This document shows, in pieces, positions 43,230 through 60,041 of a stretch of 64,000 nt of DNA. The position numbers and the translations under genes are program-made. The stretch lies in contig CAWHSA010000002.1 of assembly GCA_963831855.1 (NCBI GenBank), forward strand, positions 248,214-312,213, in the 5' to 3' direction. Under the pieces are notes generated by a model. That model searched no databases, was not told where the DNA came from, and worked only from the letters and a program-made list of their open reading frames with translations. This DNA is from an uncultured Bacteroidales bacterium. Its GTDB lineage: Bacteria; Bacteroidota; Bacteroidia; Bacteroidales; VadinHA17. Every line of letters starts with the position of its first letter. Positions within the stretch are counted from its first letter, which is position 1.

Positions 43230-45548
43230 TTACTGAACAATTATTGCATCAACCGCCACTGGTCCGGGTCCGCGATTTACAACATTTACAACATGTCTGC
43301 CCGGAGTCAGATCAGTTATTTTGCATACCACATTCTGACCCTGGCGCGATCCAATTAATGACAGATCGGACGTTGCCCTGGTTTTTCCGTCTATCTGAAT
43401 TTCAATTTTTCCGGCACCTTCCTCTTTCGGGGCGATTACTGAGATGCTGGTTCCGGTGAAGTAACAGCTCCATATCTCACCGGATGTATTACTGGTTGTA
43501 AGATCGTTATTGAAATCCCCTGTTCCAAGATTGCACTTTCGGAGCCATCCCTTCGCCACTGCACCCGGGTCATCATCATTGATCCAACCCTTATCATGGG
43601 TAACACGGAGAACCCGGCACTTCGAAGCCAGCTGCTGATCAGCCATCCCGGAAATTGGCTGTACTGATCCGTCGATCGTAACTGTAAGTCCCTGATCGTC
43701 CTGAACAAATGTAAGCGGAACATTTGAGCCTAGCATTTCGACTTTGGATACTTTACCCAACGTTGCACCGCCACTATGCAGAGCCTTGAGCGTGATTGGG
43801 CCACCCTGCCAATCAGGAAGTGCAGCATAAACATTGCCGTTGTTGCGTGTATAGAAAACTGCATTTTCACCATAGACTTCAAAAGGACGGGACCCATAGA
43901 CAGCTTCACCGTTGATTTTCAACCAAACGCCGATGTCTTTGCAAAGTTGTGTTACCTCCGGGTCGAGATTGCCGCGACCATGCTGGGTGATATTGAGTAG
44001 CATTGTTCCGTTCCGGCAAACATTTTGCATCAGCAACCTGATTGCGGTACCGGCATCCATGTATTTCTGCCCGGTTTGATAATGCCAGTCAGCGATGCTG
44101 GTTTCAGTTTGGAAAGGATAGGCCATAATCTCCGATTCTATAAAGGCTTCAGTGCTCTTAACCAGTGAACGGTCAACATAAGGCAGCAATTCGGGGTTGT
44201 TCTGGAAGCTGTTGTAACGCCCGCCCACTCCTTTGAGATTTATTACCACGTCCATTTTTCCATCGTTCCATTTCAAAGATTTATTATAATAGTTCGCAAT
44301 CAGCCGGGGAGCGAGAAAACCTAAGCCCATGTGCACACCTAAATCAACTTGTGAATCGCCGGCATGTTCATCGAAATATATTAAATCAGGATGATACTTA
44401 GTAATTGCATCATCTATCCGCCACATAAACTGGTTGGCGAAAGGAGAAAGCAGAGGATTATTCTTATCATGAACCGGTCCATAAAGGTCCACAGGGTCCA
44501 TTCCTTCCCACCACTTCCCCTTTCCATCCCGGATAGTTTGCAGGGCGTCATAAGGAACGTCCTTCATCGGTCCTGTCTTGTCGCTTGTGTACCGTACGGT
44601 CATAAACTGACCCCAGGTTCGAGGCGGAGAGTTGTGAAAGCCGATACCGAACCTAAGACCTCGCTGACGTGCGACCTTTTCCCATGTGCCGACAATGTCC
44701 TGCCCGGGACCAACATTAACAGAATTCCAGGGCTGGTAAGCAGAATTCCAGCAATCGAAGTTATCATGGTGAACACCCATAGCCATAAAGTAACGGGCTC
44801 CCATTTCGACAAACAAATCCATTAACCCGGCAGGATTCCATCGATCAATTACCCAATTATGACAGATATCCTTATAGCCATATTCTGATGGATGACCAAA
44901 GTTTTTCAGGTTGTATTCATATTGTCTATTGCCCTGAATATACATGCCGCGGGCATACCAGTCGCCCTGTTCTGGCATGGATTGCGGATCCCAATGTGCC
45001 CAGGCGCCAAACTTGGCTTCGCGCCACCAATCCGGCACGGTGTAAAGCCGGCTCAATCCCCTCCAGTCGGCAGGATACGGACCGTCGGTCACATGCAACG
45101 GCGGTAGGTTCCAGATATCCGGAGGTAGTCCAAGGTCACCGTTGCCGACAATTATCTGATCAATATTCAAGGTGGTATCATTTGTAACCAGACTTACAGT
45201 CAGGGTAGCTTTGGAAGGAATTGAAATGTCAATTATTGCATAAATGAATGAGTCTGAGAGGTTTCCTGAAGAATGGACATTCAGTTTTTGTACAGGTTGA
45301 TTGTTTACAGTAACACTGATCAAACCCGCTCCCAATGATGAATAGCGAATCGCCAGTTTACCTGAAGCCGGAAGACCGGCGAACCTGATCCCATCTTCGG
45401 GTTTGGTTAAACTGACTAAATAACCTCCTGAGGCCTCTCTATCAGAAAATTTAGAGGCTCCTCCGATGATTTTGGCAGATTCTGCCTCAAATTTTCGCGT
45501 TTTACTGGCAATATCCGAAGTGAAAGCGTTAAACAATACTAGGGACAA
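43230..45548 (-). CDS. GH29 alpha-L-fucosidase family protein with N-terminal CBM6/35-like and C-terminal beta-sandwich domains; 5' end probably frameshifted
   Basis: 772 aa from a TTG start. N-domain: KFEAESAKIIGGASKF...GGYLVSL. GH29 core: VPDWWREAKFGAWAHWDPQSMPEQGDWYARGMY, YFMAMGVHHDNFDCWNS. The same frame is open upstream and reads AFKSNYPVRILLALSLVLFNAFTS, the hydrophobic core of a signal peptide, but contains no ATG. An ATG at 45608-45610 (MILKYKFKH...) lies in a different frame. Confidence 0.8.
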   Translation of the reverse strand: MSLVLFNAFTSDIASKTRKFEAESAKIIGGASKFSDREASGGYLVSLTKPEDGIRFAGLPASGKLAIRYSSLGAGLISVTVNNQPVQKLNVHSSGNLSDSFIYAIIDISIPSKATLTVSLVTNDTTLNIDQIIVGNGDLGLPPDIWNLPPLHVTDGPYPADWRGLSRLYTVPDWWREAKFGAWAHWDPQSMPEQGDWYARGMYIQGNRQYEYNLKNFGHPSEYGYKDICHNWVIDRWNPAGLMDLFVEMGARYFMAMGVHHDNFDCWNSAYQPWNSVNVGPGQDIVGTWEKVARQRGLRFGIGFHNSPPRTWGQFMTVRYTSDKTGPMKDVPYDALQTIRDGKGKWWEGMDPVDLYGPVHDKNNPLLSPFANQFMWRIDDAITKYHPDLIYFDEHAGDSQVDLGVHMGLGFLAPRLIANYYNKSLKWNDGKMDVVINLKGVGGRYNSFQNNPELLPYVDRSLVKSTEAFIESEIMAYPFQTETSIADWHYQTGQKYMDAGTAIRLLMQNVCRNGTMLLNITQHGRGNLDPEVTQLCKDIGVWLKINGEAVYGSRPFEVYGENAVFYTRNNGNVYAALPDWQGGPITLKALHSGGATLGKVSKVEMLGSNVPLTFVQDDQGLTVTIDGSVQPISGMADQQLASKCRVLRVTHDKGWINDDDPGAVAKGWLRKCNLGTGDFNNDLTTSNTSGEIWSCYFTGTSISVIAPKEEGAGKIEIQIDGKTRATSDLSLIGSRQGQNVVCKITDLTPGRHVVNVVNRGPGPVAVDAIIVQ

Positions 45549-45731
45549 TGCAAGTAAAATCCTGACAGGGTAATTGGACTTAAATGCTTAAATTTATACT
45601 TCAGGATCATGGGATATTTATTAAAAGTCCACTTAGTAATTTGATCAATTTCCCGGTATATTTATCAATAAACCGGCCGGGTATAGCTACCAGGATTTAG
45701 CCGGCGGCGTACCCTTGTGAAGGACGTCTGG

Positions 45732-46598
<867 letters not shown>

Positions 46599-46605
46599 TT
46601 ATCTT

Positions 46606-48585
46606 CTATTTTTCAACTTGCCTCAATGAGTCGATATAGGAACGGTATTGATCTTTTGTCAAAGTCATCCAGTACATCATATACCTTGCATCATGGATTC
46701 GGAAAAACGGTTCGAACTCAACTTTTTCAGCATTTACCATATTAAGTGCCGGGGCCGTGAAGGTCAATGGACTTACTTTATCCGGTATTAGTCCGTTTGC
46801 AATTTTTGATCTGTCATCCTCAACTATTATGGGGGCCGTGTCGACAGGGAGTTTTTTCCCTGATGGAATCTGGCCCCATCGGCTGTCATCAGCAACCAGA
46901 CCTTTTAAATCTTCTGTTCCGGTCCTGGCACCGAGTAAAACAGGTCCATGCATGAAAGCGATGTATTCAGGCACATTTGGAAGTTGTTCAATGGTATTGT
47001 GCATTGGCAAAAATACCTGTACTTCATCTCCAGCTTTCCAATTCCGTTTTACGGCGATATAAGACGAGAGAGCGGTTCTATATTTTATGGGCTTACCATT
47101 GATAAGGATTTTCAGGTCCCCCTCCCTTACCCAGGCAGGATACCTTATCATTAAACTAAAGTTTGAAGATCCTTCTTTTATAATAAGTTTTGTCTGTTCT
47201 TCATCGGGGAACCTTGTTTCCTGTCTTATCAGGATCCCTTTATCTCTCCAGTTTAGTTCTGAAGGGATAAAGAGGTTAAGGAACAATGAGTCATAGCTAT
47301 GAGTATATATAAACTGATTGTATTTACTATGGTTCTCCATCCCGGTCCCCACACAACACCACATTGCTTCATTCGGGGCTGAATAAACCCTGTAATGACG
47401 CGGCCGGGCAGGAGTAAAATAGACATACCCGCCATGCACGGGATGCTGGGTTGCCAGTATATGGTTATAAAGTGTCCTTTCATAGTAGTCTGTATATTTC
47501 CCCGACGGGTCAGCTCTGAACAGATCCTCTGTCAGCTTAAGCATGTTATATGAATTGCACGATTCAGGTCCTTCTATATCATTTACAAAATCGATGCACG
47601 ATGATACATCAGGAAAAAATTCACGTCTGCTGTTGCCCCCGAATGCAAGTGATCGATTTCTGGTAACGGTTTCCCAGAAAAAGCTGCCTGCCTTTGCATA
47701 CTTCTGATCAGAAGTAAGTTCCGCTATCCGCTGAAAACCAATTGCTTTGGGAATCTGGGTATTGGCATGTTTGTTATCAAGGTTATCAATACCATCAGAC
47801 ATTGCATCAAGAAGCATTCTGTGTGAAAATCTTTTTGCTGCAGTCAGGTATTTTGTATCACCGGAAATCTGATATGCATCGGTATAACTTTCATTGATAC
47901 CCCCCTGTTCAGAGTCAAGCATTGTTTGCATCTGTTCATCAGTAAGGGCAGATGTAATAAAAATACCCCAGTCACAATATTTTAGAAACATGACTTTAGC
48001 CTCCTTGCTGCCGGTATAAACCCATGCATCCCGCAGACCTGCAAACATCTTATGCAAATTATACCAGGGGGCCCAGGATGACCTGTATACCTTGAAATCT
48101 CCTTTCATCAGCGTACTCCAGAGACCCTTGCTGTTTGGAATCCCGCCAAGATATCCCTTTCCCCAGCCGGAATTGTTCTTTTCGTTTGCATCCTGGCAAA
48201 TTTTCAATTCAGTGATCAGGTAGTCCATCCGCTTTTTACATTCGGCATTACCTGTGGCAGCATAATTCATTGCCAATGCTGACAAATAATGGCCGCCAAT
48301 GTGACCATCCAAACCCTGCCAGTTAGGAAAGAGGGGAGCTTTTTCCGGCAAACCGGCCTCCTTGCGGAAGGGAGCAATTAAGCGATCGACATCATACTTC
48401 AGTAATGTTTCAATATTCAGGTCCCGGGCATGCTTGAACGGACCGTCCAGCAGAATCACATCTTTTAAAGGAAATTCGTTTGAATAAATTGCATCCTGTC
48501 CATTAAGTTCGATCCATGACAGTAATAACCCGGCGATTATTCCAGATATGAAAAAGACTTTTAAAAATGGTTTACGGTTTTTCAT
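46606..48585 (-). CDS. GH127/DUF1680-family glycoside hydrolase (beta-L-arabinofuranosidase type)
   Basis: 659 aa with a signal peptide. FPLKDVILLDGPFKHARDLNIETLLKYDVDRLIAPFRKEAGL (typical DUF1680 N-terminus). ESCNSYNMLKL and EAMWCCVGTGMENHSKY (the Cys-rich metal/nucleophile region of GH127). Confidence 0.75.
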   Translation of the reverse strand: MKNRKPFLKVFFISGIIAGLLLSWIELNGQDAIYSNEFPLKDVILLDGPFKHARDLNIETLLKYDVDRLIAPFRKEAGLPEKAPLFPNWQGLDGHIGGHYLSALAMNYAATGNAECKKRMDYLITELKICQDANEKNNSGWGKGYLGGIPNSKGLWSTLMKGDFKVYRSSWAPWYNLHKMFAGLRDAWVYTGSKEAKVMFLKYCDWGIFITSALTDEQMQTMLDSEQGGINESYTDAYQISGDTKYLTAAKRFSHRMLLDAMSDGIDNLDNKHANTQIPKAIGFQRIAELTSDQKYAKAGSFFWETVTRNRSLAFGGNSRREFFPDVSSCIDFVNDIEGPESCNSYNMLKLTEDLFRADPSGKYTDYYERTLYNHILATQHPVHGGYVYFTPARPRHYRVYSAPNEAMWCCVGTGMENHSKYNQFIYTHSYDSLFLNLFIPSELNWRDKGILIRQETRFPDEEQTKLIIKEGSSNFSLMIRYPAWVREGDLKILINGKPIKYRTALSSYIAVKRNWKAGDEVQVFLPMHNTIEQLPNVPEYIAFMHGPVLLGARTGTEDLKGLVADDSRWGQIPSGKKLPVDTAPIIVEDDRSKIANGLIPDKVSPLTFTAPALNMVNAEKVEFEPFFRIHDARYMMYWMTLTKDQYRSYIDSLRQVEK

Positions 48586-48651
48586 TTGTTGAACTAAATA
48601 AATTTTTATTTTCCTGAGTGCTTGTGAATCAAACGATAATTCTGATCGAAG

Positions 48652-49845
<1,194 letters not shown>

Positions 49846-49915
49846 TTATACGATAGATTAGTTTCCGTACCAGGATTCAACTTGGTGGTTATTGAATAAT
49901 ACATTATCTGTTTAG

Positions 49916-51844
<1,929 letters not shown>

Positions 51845-52073
51845 TTATTTATTGATATGTGCTTTACGCTTTTGGCTATTACACCTTGTAGACTTTGTGT
51901 TTAAGAATGAATCATTGTCAGAATATAAAATGAAATCGATTCCCGGGAAGCAAAGGAAAAAGATGGTTCATATGCTCCAGCCGGTACCGGTATATCATCT
52001 TCCTGTCCCAAACAAACAAAGTTAGTTTGGAAGAATACGACAGCTTATCAGGAAGCATTACATTTCCAAAACC

Positions 52074-53354
52074 TTATTTATCCCGAAATAAAAGTTGAGC
52101 AAAGCCAAACAGGCTCTTGCGCCAGGTTTGAAATTCATGTGCAGTTCCGGGAGCTTCGTAATAAACATTATTTATACCAGCTTTATCAAGAGATTCGTGG
52201 ATGGTGCGACCAGTGTTTGCACCTTCTTTGGAACCCATACTAATATAGAAAACTTTTACCTGTTTATTAAACTCAGCCGGTTTAGCCAGCAGACCGTTAT
52301 AGCCGGTTTCAACACCCGGAAAACCAAAAGGAGCGCTGAAAATACCAATGTTGGCAAATTTATCAAGGTTGGCCTGGGTAATCTGGTAAGTCTGGGTACC
52401 ACCTAATGAAAGTCCAGCCATTGCGCGATGGTCGCGGTCAGTAAGAGTTCGGAAAGAGGCGTCGATTGTGGGTATAAGGTCTGAAATAATTACTTTGCCA
52501 AAACCGTCCCAGAAAGAGGGCATACCTCCGGGGCCTTGTCCCGGAGCTCTGTTCCCACCCTGTCCGGGGGCTCTGTTGGCACCTTGTCCTGGTGCCTGGG
52601 CAGGTTGTCCTTGATTTTGACCCGCACCACCCTGTGCGGGAGCACCCTGACCGGGAGCACTACGGCGGGCACCCCCCATTCCGGCAGCAATACCACCATC
52701 TTCCATCACAATTATCATGGGTAAGGCTTTTCCCTCCGCGATCAGGTTATCGAGAATAAAATTGGCGCGGCCCTGATTTGACCAGGCACGGCGGTCTTCA
52801 CCCATGCCATGCTGCAGATAGATCACCGGATAGCGTTTTTTGAGATCTTTATCGTATCCCGGAGGAGTGTAGATGTAAGCATGACGGTTTTCACCTGTTG
52901 AGGCAGCATAATACCAGAAAGAATGGACATCACCGTGGGGCACATTTTTAACGTCATAAAAATCAACCCCTTCTTCCGGAATTTCCATCCCGCTCATAAC
53001 TTTTCCAGCTCCGAAAAACGACTCACTGGCGGGATCTGCAACGTCAACGCCATCAATTTTCAGAGTATAATAATGGAACCCCGGATCCTGAGGCTGGGTA
53101 ATCCCATCCCAGAAACCGTCTTCACCTTTCGTAAGTGCAACTCTCCCAAGACTTACTGTAATGCTTTGTGCTTCAGGGGCCCGCATATGGAAAATAACCC
53201 TGCGCTGTGCATCAACACGTGGATATTCAGCTCCAACGATGTTTGTAGATGCCGGTTTTGAATCGGCCGGAGGTGGTACTGTCTGTAATGTCTGTGCCTT
53301 ACATAGAGTACCAGCAAAACAAAGCAGAAACAAATAGATTATTGATTTTCTCAT
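52074..53354 (-). CDS. CBM48-like + CE1-type esterase, array paralog 1, with P/A/G/Q-rich insertion
   Basis: 426 aa with a signal peptide. [37 protein letters not shown]. Insertion GGARRSAPGQGAPAQGGAGQNQGQPAQAPGQGANRAPGQGGNRAPGQGPGGMPS (about nt 52515-52694). AGLSLGG. GTAHEFQTWR. Confidence 0.8.
   Translation of the reverse strand: MRKSIIYLFLLCFAGTLCKAQTLQTVPPPADSKPASTNIVGAEYPRVDAQRRVIFHMRAPEAQSITVSLGRVALTKGEDGFWDGITQPQDPGFHYYTLKIDGVDVADPASESFFGAGKVMSGMEIPEEGVDFYDVKNVPHGDVHSFWYYAASTGENRHAYIYTPPGYDKDLKKRYPVIYLQHGMGEDRRAWSNQGRANFILDNLIAEGKALPMIIVMEDGGIAAGMGGARRSAPGQGAPAQGGAGQNQGQPAQAPGQGANRAPGQGGNRAPGQGPGGMPSFWDGFGKVIISDLIPTIDASFRTLTDRDHRAMAGLSLGGTQTYQITQANLDKFANIGIFSAPFGFPGVETGYNGLLAKPAEFNKQVKVFYISMGSKEGANTGRTIHESLDKAGINNVYYEAPGTAHEFQTWRKSLFGFAQLLFRDK
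52534..52605 (-). repeat. Three in-frame tandem copies of a 24-nt unit (8 codons, G-N/A-R-A-P-G-Q-G) inside paralog 1
   Basis: Plus-strand units are ccttgtcccggagctctgttccca (52534-52557), ccctgtccgggggctctgttggca (52558-52581) and ccttgtcctggtgcctgggcaggt (52582-52605). Confidence 0.7.
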
Positions 53355-53376
53355 TTAATCTGTATATATGTGAATG

Positions 53377-54564
<1,188 letters not shown>

Positions 54565-54570
54565 TTAATA

Positions 54571-54578
54571 ACCTCCTT
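54571..54578 (-). promoter_or_regulatory. Shine-Dalgarno-like AAGGAGGT 7 nt upstream of the paralog-2 ATG
   Basis: The plus strand reads acctcctt at 54571-54578, so the mRNA reads TTAAGGAGGTTATTAA-AUG (ATG at 54562-54564). Confidence 0.45.
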
Positions 54579-54638
54579 AAATGATTATATTAAAAATCTC
54601 TATAAACAAAAAGTAATCTGATTTATTCATCCAGAAGA

Positions 54639-55901
<1,263 letters not shown>

Positions 55902-55936
55902 TTAAAGTTTTTTAATTATTTAATTGATACCATTTT

Positions 55937-57259
<1,323 letters not shown>

Positions 57260-57271
57260 TCAGAGTGATAT

Positions 57272-58522
57272 TCAGTTTTTAAAGAGCAGTAAAGCAAATT
57301 CCTTCAGACTGCGTCTCCATGACTGAAATTCGTGTGCAGTAAGCGGAGAAACATAAGAGACGCTCTTTATACCGGCCTGATTCAGCGCATCTGCGGCTGC
57401 TTTGAGACCATCGGCGCCACGTTCGCGGCTGCCATAGCTCATAAATACCAGTCTGACCTTGGTTTTGTCAGTAATGCTTTCAGGAGCAATGGTACCGCCG
57501 CTGAATAATCCGATATGGGAGAATTTGTCGAGATTGGCCAGAGTAACAGTCCTGGTTTGCATTGCACCCATTGAAAGGCCGGCCATTGCACGGTTCTTCT
57601 GATCGGATAGTGTACGGAATGTTTTATCCACCCATGGTATCAGATCAGTAGTCATAAGCTGGCCATAGATTCCACCTCCGGGGCCACCCATACCGAACAT
57701 ACCACCCGGGCGCGCTGCACCGGCAGGAGCACCGGCAGGGGGAGCACCGGCAGGGGGAGCGCCGGCACCAGGAGCGCCGGCAGCGGGAGCAGCCGGACGG
57801 GGAGCCGGTGGTCCAGGAACAATTGAACGGGAAGCGCCAACTGCACTGGTTTCCATAACAACAATAAATGGTGTTATTTTTCCTTCTGCGATCAGGTTGT
57901 CAAGTATTAAATTGGTACGTCCCATTTCAATCCAAACCCTTTCATCTTCACCGCCGCCATGCTGAAGATAGAGCACCGGGTAACGTTTTTTAGTACTTAT
58001 ATCATAATCCGGAGGGGTGTAAATGAAAATATGACGCCATGATTTTGCCACCGTTGAATAGTAGTTCCTTATCAGTACATTTCCATGCGGCACATCTTTT
58101 AACTCATAAAATCCGCCATCGGGATCAGGTATCTCAAATCCATTGCACATATGACTATAGCCAATAAATGCGTTGGTAGCCGGATCAACTACGATAGCTC
58201 CATCAACAATCATCCAGTAATTGTGATAACCTAAATCCTGCGGTTCACTGGTGTAAGTCCAGACCCCATTCTCTTCTTTGGTCATATCAAAGGGAACGTT
58301 GACTATTGAGACCTGAACTTTCTGTGCATTCGGTGCATAGATTTTAAATGTCACCCTTCTGTCGGCTTCAATCCTCGGGAATTGATTACCGTACAGGTTG
58401 TAGGGCGAAGGACGCACTGAATCAACAACATTGAAGTTGTTGGAAGCCTGTCCTGACTGGGCTAAACAGACTCCACTAACTGACATGACAATCAGTAAAA
58501 TAGAAAATAATGTTTTTTTCAT
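57272..58522 (-). CDS. CBM48-like + CE1-type esterase, array paralog 5, with P/A/G-rich insertion
   Basis: 416 aa with a signal peptide. [38 protein letters not shown]. Insertion SRSIVPGPPAPRPAAPAAGAPGAGAPPAGAPPAGAPAGAARPGGMFGMGGPGGG (about nt 57671-57847). AGLSMGA. LTAHEFQSWRR. Confidence 0.8.
   Translation of the reverse strand: MKKTLFSILLIVMSVSGVCLAQSGQASNNFNVVDSVRPSPYNLYGNQFPRIEADRRVTFKIYAPNAQKVQVSIVNVPFDMTKEENGVWTYTSEPQDLGYHNYWMIVDGAIVVDPATNAFIGYSHMCNGFEIPDPDGGFYELKDVPHGNVLIRNYYSTVAKSWRHIFIYTPPDYDISTKKRYPVLYLQHGGGEDERVWIEMGRTNLILDNLIAEGKITPFIVVMETSAVGASRSIVPGPPAPRPAAPAAGAPGAGAPPAGAPPAGAPAGAARPGGMFGMGGPGGGIYGQLMTTDLIPWVDKTFRTLSDQKNRAMAGLSMGAMQTRTVTLANLDKFSHIGLFSGGTIAPESITDKTKVRLVFMSYGSRERGADGLKAAADALNQAGIKSVSYVSPLTAHEFQSWRRSLKEFALLLFKN
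57726..57800 (-). repeat. Five in-frame tandem copies (two identical, three degenerate) of a 15-nt unit (5 codons, PPAGA-like) inside paralog 5
   Basis: The plus strand reads ggagcaccggcaggg at 57726-57740 and again, identical, at 57741-57755. Then follow ggagcgccggcacca, ggagcgccggcagcg and ggagcagccggacgg. Confidence 0.8.
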
Positions 58523-58528
58523 TTCAAG

Positions 58529-58536
58529 ACCTCCTA
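58529..58536 (-). promoter_or_regulatory. Shine-Dalgarno-like TAGGAGGT 7 nt upstream of the paralog-5 ATG
   Basis: The plus strand reads acctccta at 58529-58536, so the mRNA reads AACTTAGGAGGTCTTGAA-AUG (ATG at 58520-58522). The spacing is the same as at paralog 2. Confidence 0.45.
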
Positions 58537-58875
58537 AGTTAATTAATGATAGAGTTTTTAATTTAAATTCTATGGTAATTATTATTCAATCCTTAAAAAG
58601 AAGCAGTAAGAACTCCTTAGTGCAACTAAATATACCGACCTAATTACAGATTGCTATTTATAAATTTATCTTAAAATTTTCAATAAGTGTGGAACTAAAA
58701 TTAATAAAAGTGAGGGAAGACTAAATATTTAAAATTGGTGATTGAAAATTAAAATAAAAGATTGAAGACTTGGTTTACGGTCCATTAATTTAAATTAAGT
58801 TTGACGATGAAAGTGAAAAGATCGAAAGCGAATAATAGTGCCCGATACCGCTAATGAGGTTACACGTTAAGTAAC

Positions 58876-59961
58876 CTACCGGTAAACGGTAAACTTCCCG
58901 TTCTTATAACAGGTCACTCCATTATCGGTCCCGATCCATATAACATCTTTTTTGTCGACAGAAATCGAAAGAATGTTATTGCTGGCAAGCCCGTTGACTG
59001 CTTTATAAGTCGTCAAGATTGTCCCGTCAAATATCGATAATCCGTTCCTCGTTCCGAGGTATATATTCCCTTTTGAATCTGAACTGATAGCCTGAACATT
59101 ATCATCTGCCAGTCCCTGCGCTGTGGTAAATACAGTCCAGCCTTCAAGTGTTTTATAACCTGAATGCCTGGCCACTCCCCTTTTAGTGCCGATCCACTGC
59201 GTTCCGTCAGCGGTGAGATGAACACTGTAAACAGTATCGGAAGGCATAAGGATGGGCCCCCAGGCCGCATATTCCGAAGCTCCGGAAACAGCATCAACAT
59301 CATTCCTGAATACCCTGAGGACACCTCCGCCAAGTGTTCCGATATAAAGAGAATCGCCATCTAAACTGGTTGCCATCGACGTGATAGGATAATCCTGGAA
59401 AATACCCTCCGGGTAAGTTCTTGTATAGCTGTTGGTTAGCCAATTCCTGCTTTTAAATGCGGAGATCCCCTTATCGGTTCCAAACCATCTCAGCTCCTTT
59501 TTCCCAACTGCGACTGCCAGCACATTTTCGCTAACGATTTTGGAGTTATCAGGATAATATGTGGTGGCACCCGATCTTGCATCGACCGGAAGAGATACAA
59601 CAGTTGCACCTTGCGAAGTACCTATCCAAAGTTCCGGTCCATAAGAAGAAGAGTCAAATACCACACTCTTCAGGCCGGTGGCAGCTACCTTACGGTTCTT
59701 GTTATGCACCGTCCATTTTGCTCCGTCGAAACTGACAATTCCCGATTCAGTAAGGAACCATACCGTATTATCCTTATCAATGGTTGATGAATAGAACTTT
59801 TTAGCGCTGATCCCCTCTCCAAATGACTGCTCTGATCCGGCAGTCTGAGCGTTAAGAACAAGGGTGAACAGACCTGTCATTAAAGAGGTAATCAGTAATG
59901 CATTTATCCTGGCAGTTATCCTGACTTTAAGGACCTTAATCATCGGATTACCTGAGTACAT
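58876..59961 (-). CDS. Secreted stand-alone beta-propeller of the two-component-regulator-propeller (Reg_prop) type
   Basis: 361 aa; the start is the ATG at 59961 or 59943. Signal peptide ...LITSLMTGLFTLVLNAQ. Repeated blades of about 45 aa carry the Reg_prop pattern: NTVWFLTESGIVSFDGAKWTV, ELWIGTSQGATVV, LRWFGTDKGISAFKSRNW, SLYIGTLGGGVLRV, TQWIGTKRGVARH, DNVQAISSDSKGNIYLGTRNGLSIFDG, NNILSISVDKKDVIWIGTDNGVTCYKNGKF. No Y_Y_Y, kinase, receiver or HTH part is present. Confidence 0.7.
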   Translation of the reverse strand: MYSGNPMIKVLKVRITARINALLITSLMTGLFTLVLNAQTAGSEQSFGEGISAKKFYSSTIDKDNTVWFLTESGIVSFDGAKWTVHNKNRKVAATGLKSVVFDSSSYGPELWIGTSQGATVVSLPVDARSGATTYYPDNSKIVSENVLAVAVGKKELRWFGTDKGISAFKSRNWLTNSYTRTYPEGIFQDYPITSMATSLDGDSLYIGTLGGGVLRVFRNDVDAVSGASEYAAWGPILMPSDTVYSVHLTADGTQWIGTKRGVARHSGYKTLEGWTVFTTAQGLADDNVQAISSDSKGNIYLGTRNGLSIFDGTILTTYKAVNGLASNNILSISVDKKDVIWIGTDNGVTCYKNGKFTVYR

Positions 59962-60041
59962 TTTTTGTATAGTTTGGTTTAATTGATCTTATAAAAATGA
60001 AAGATATGACACTCCTCCTCCTCATTACTATGAACCAGGTT

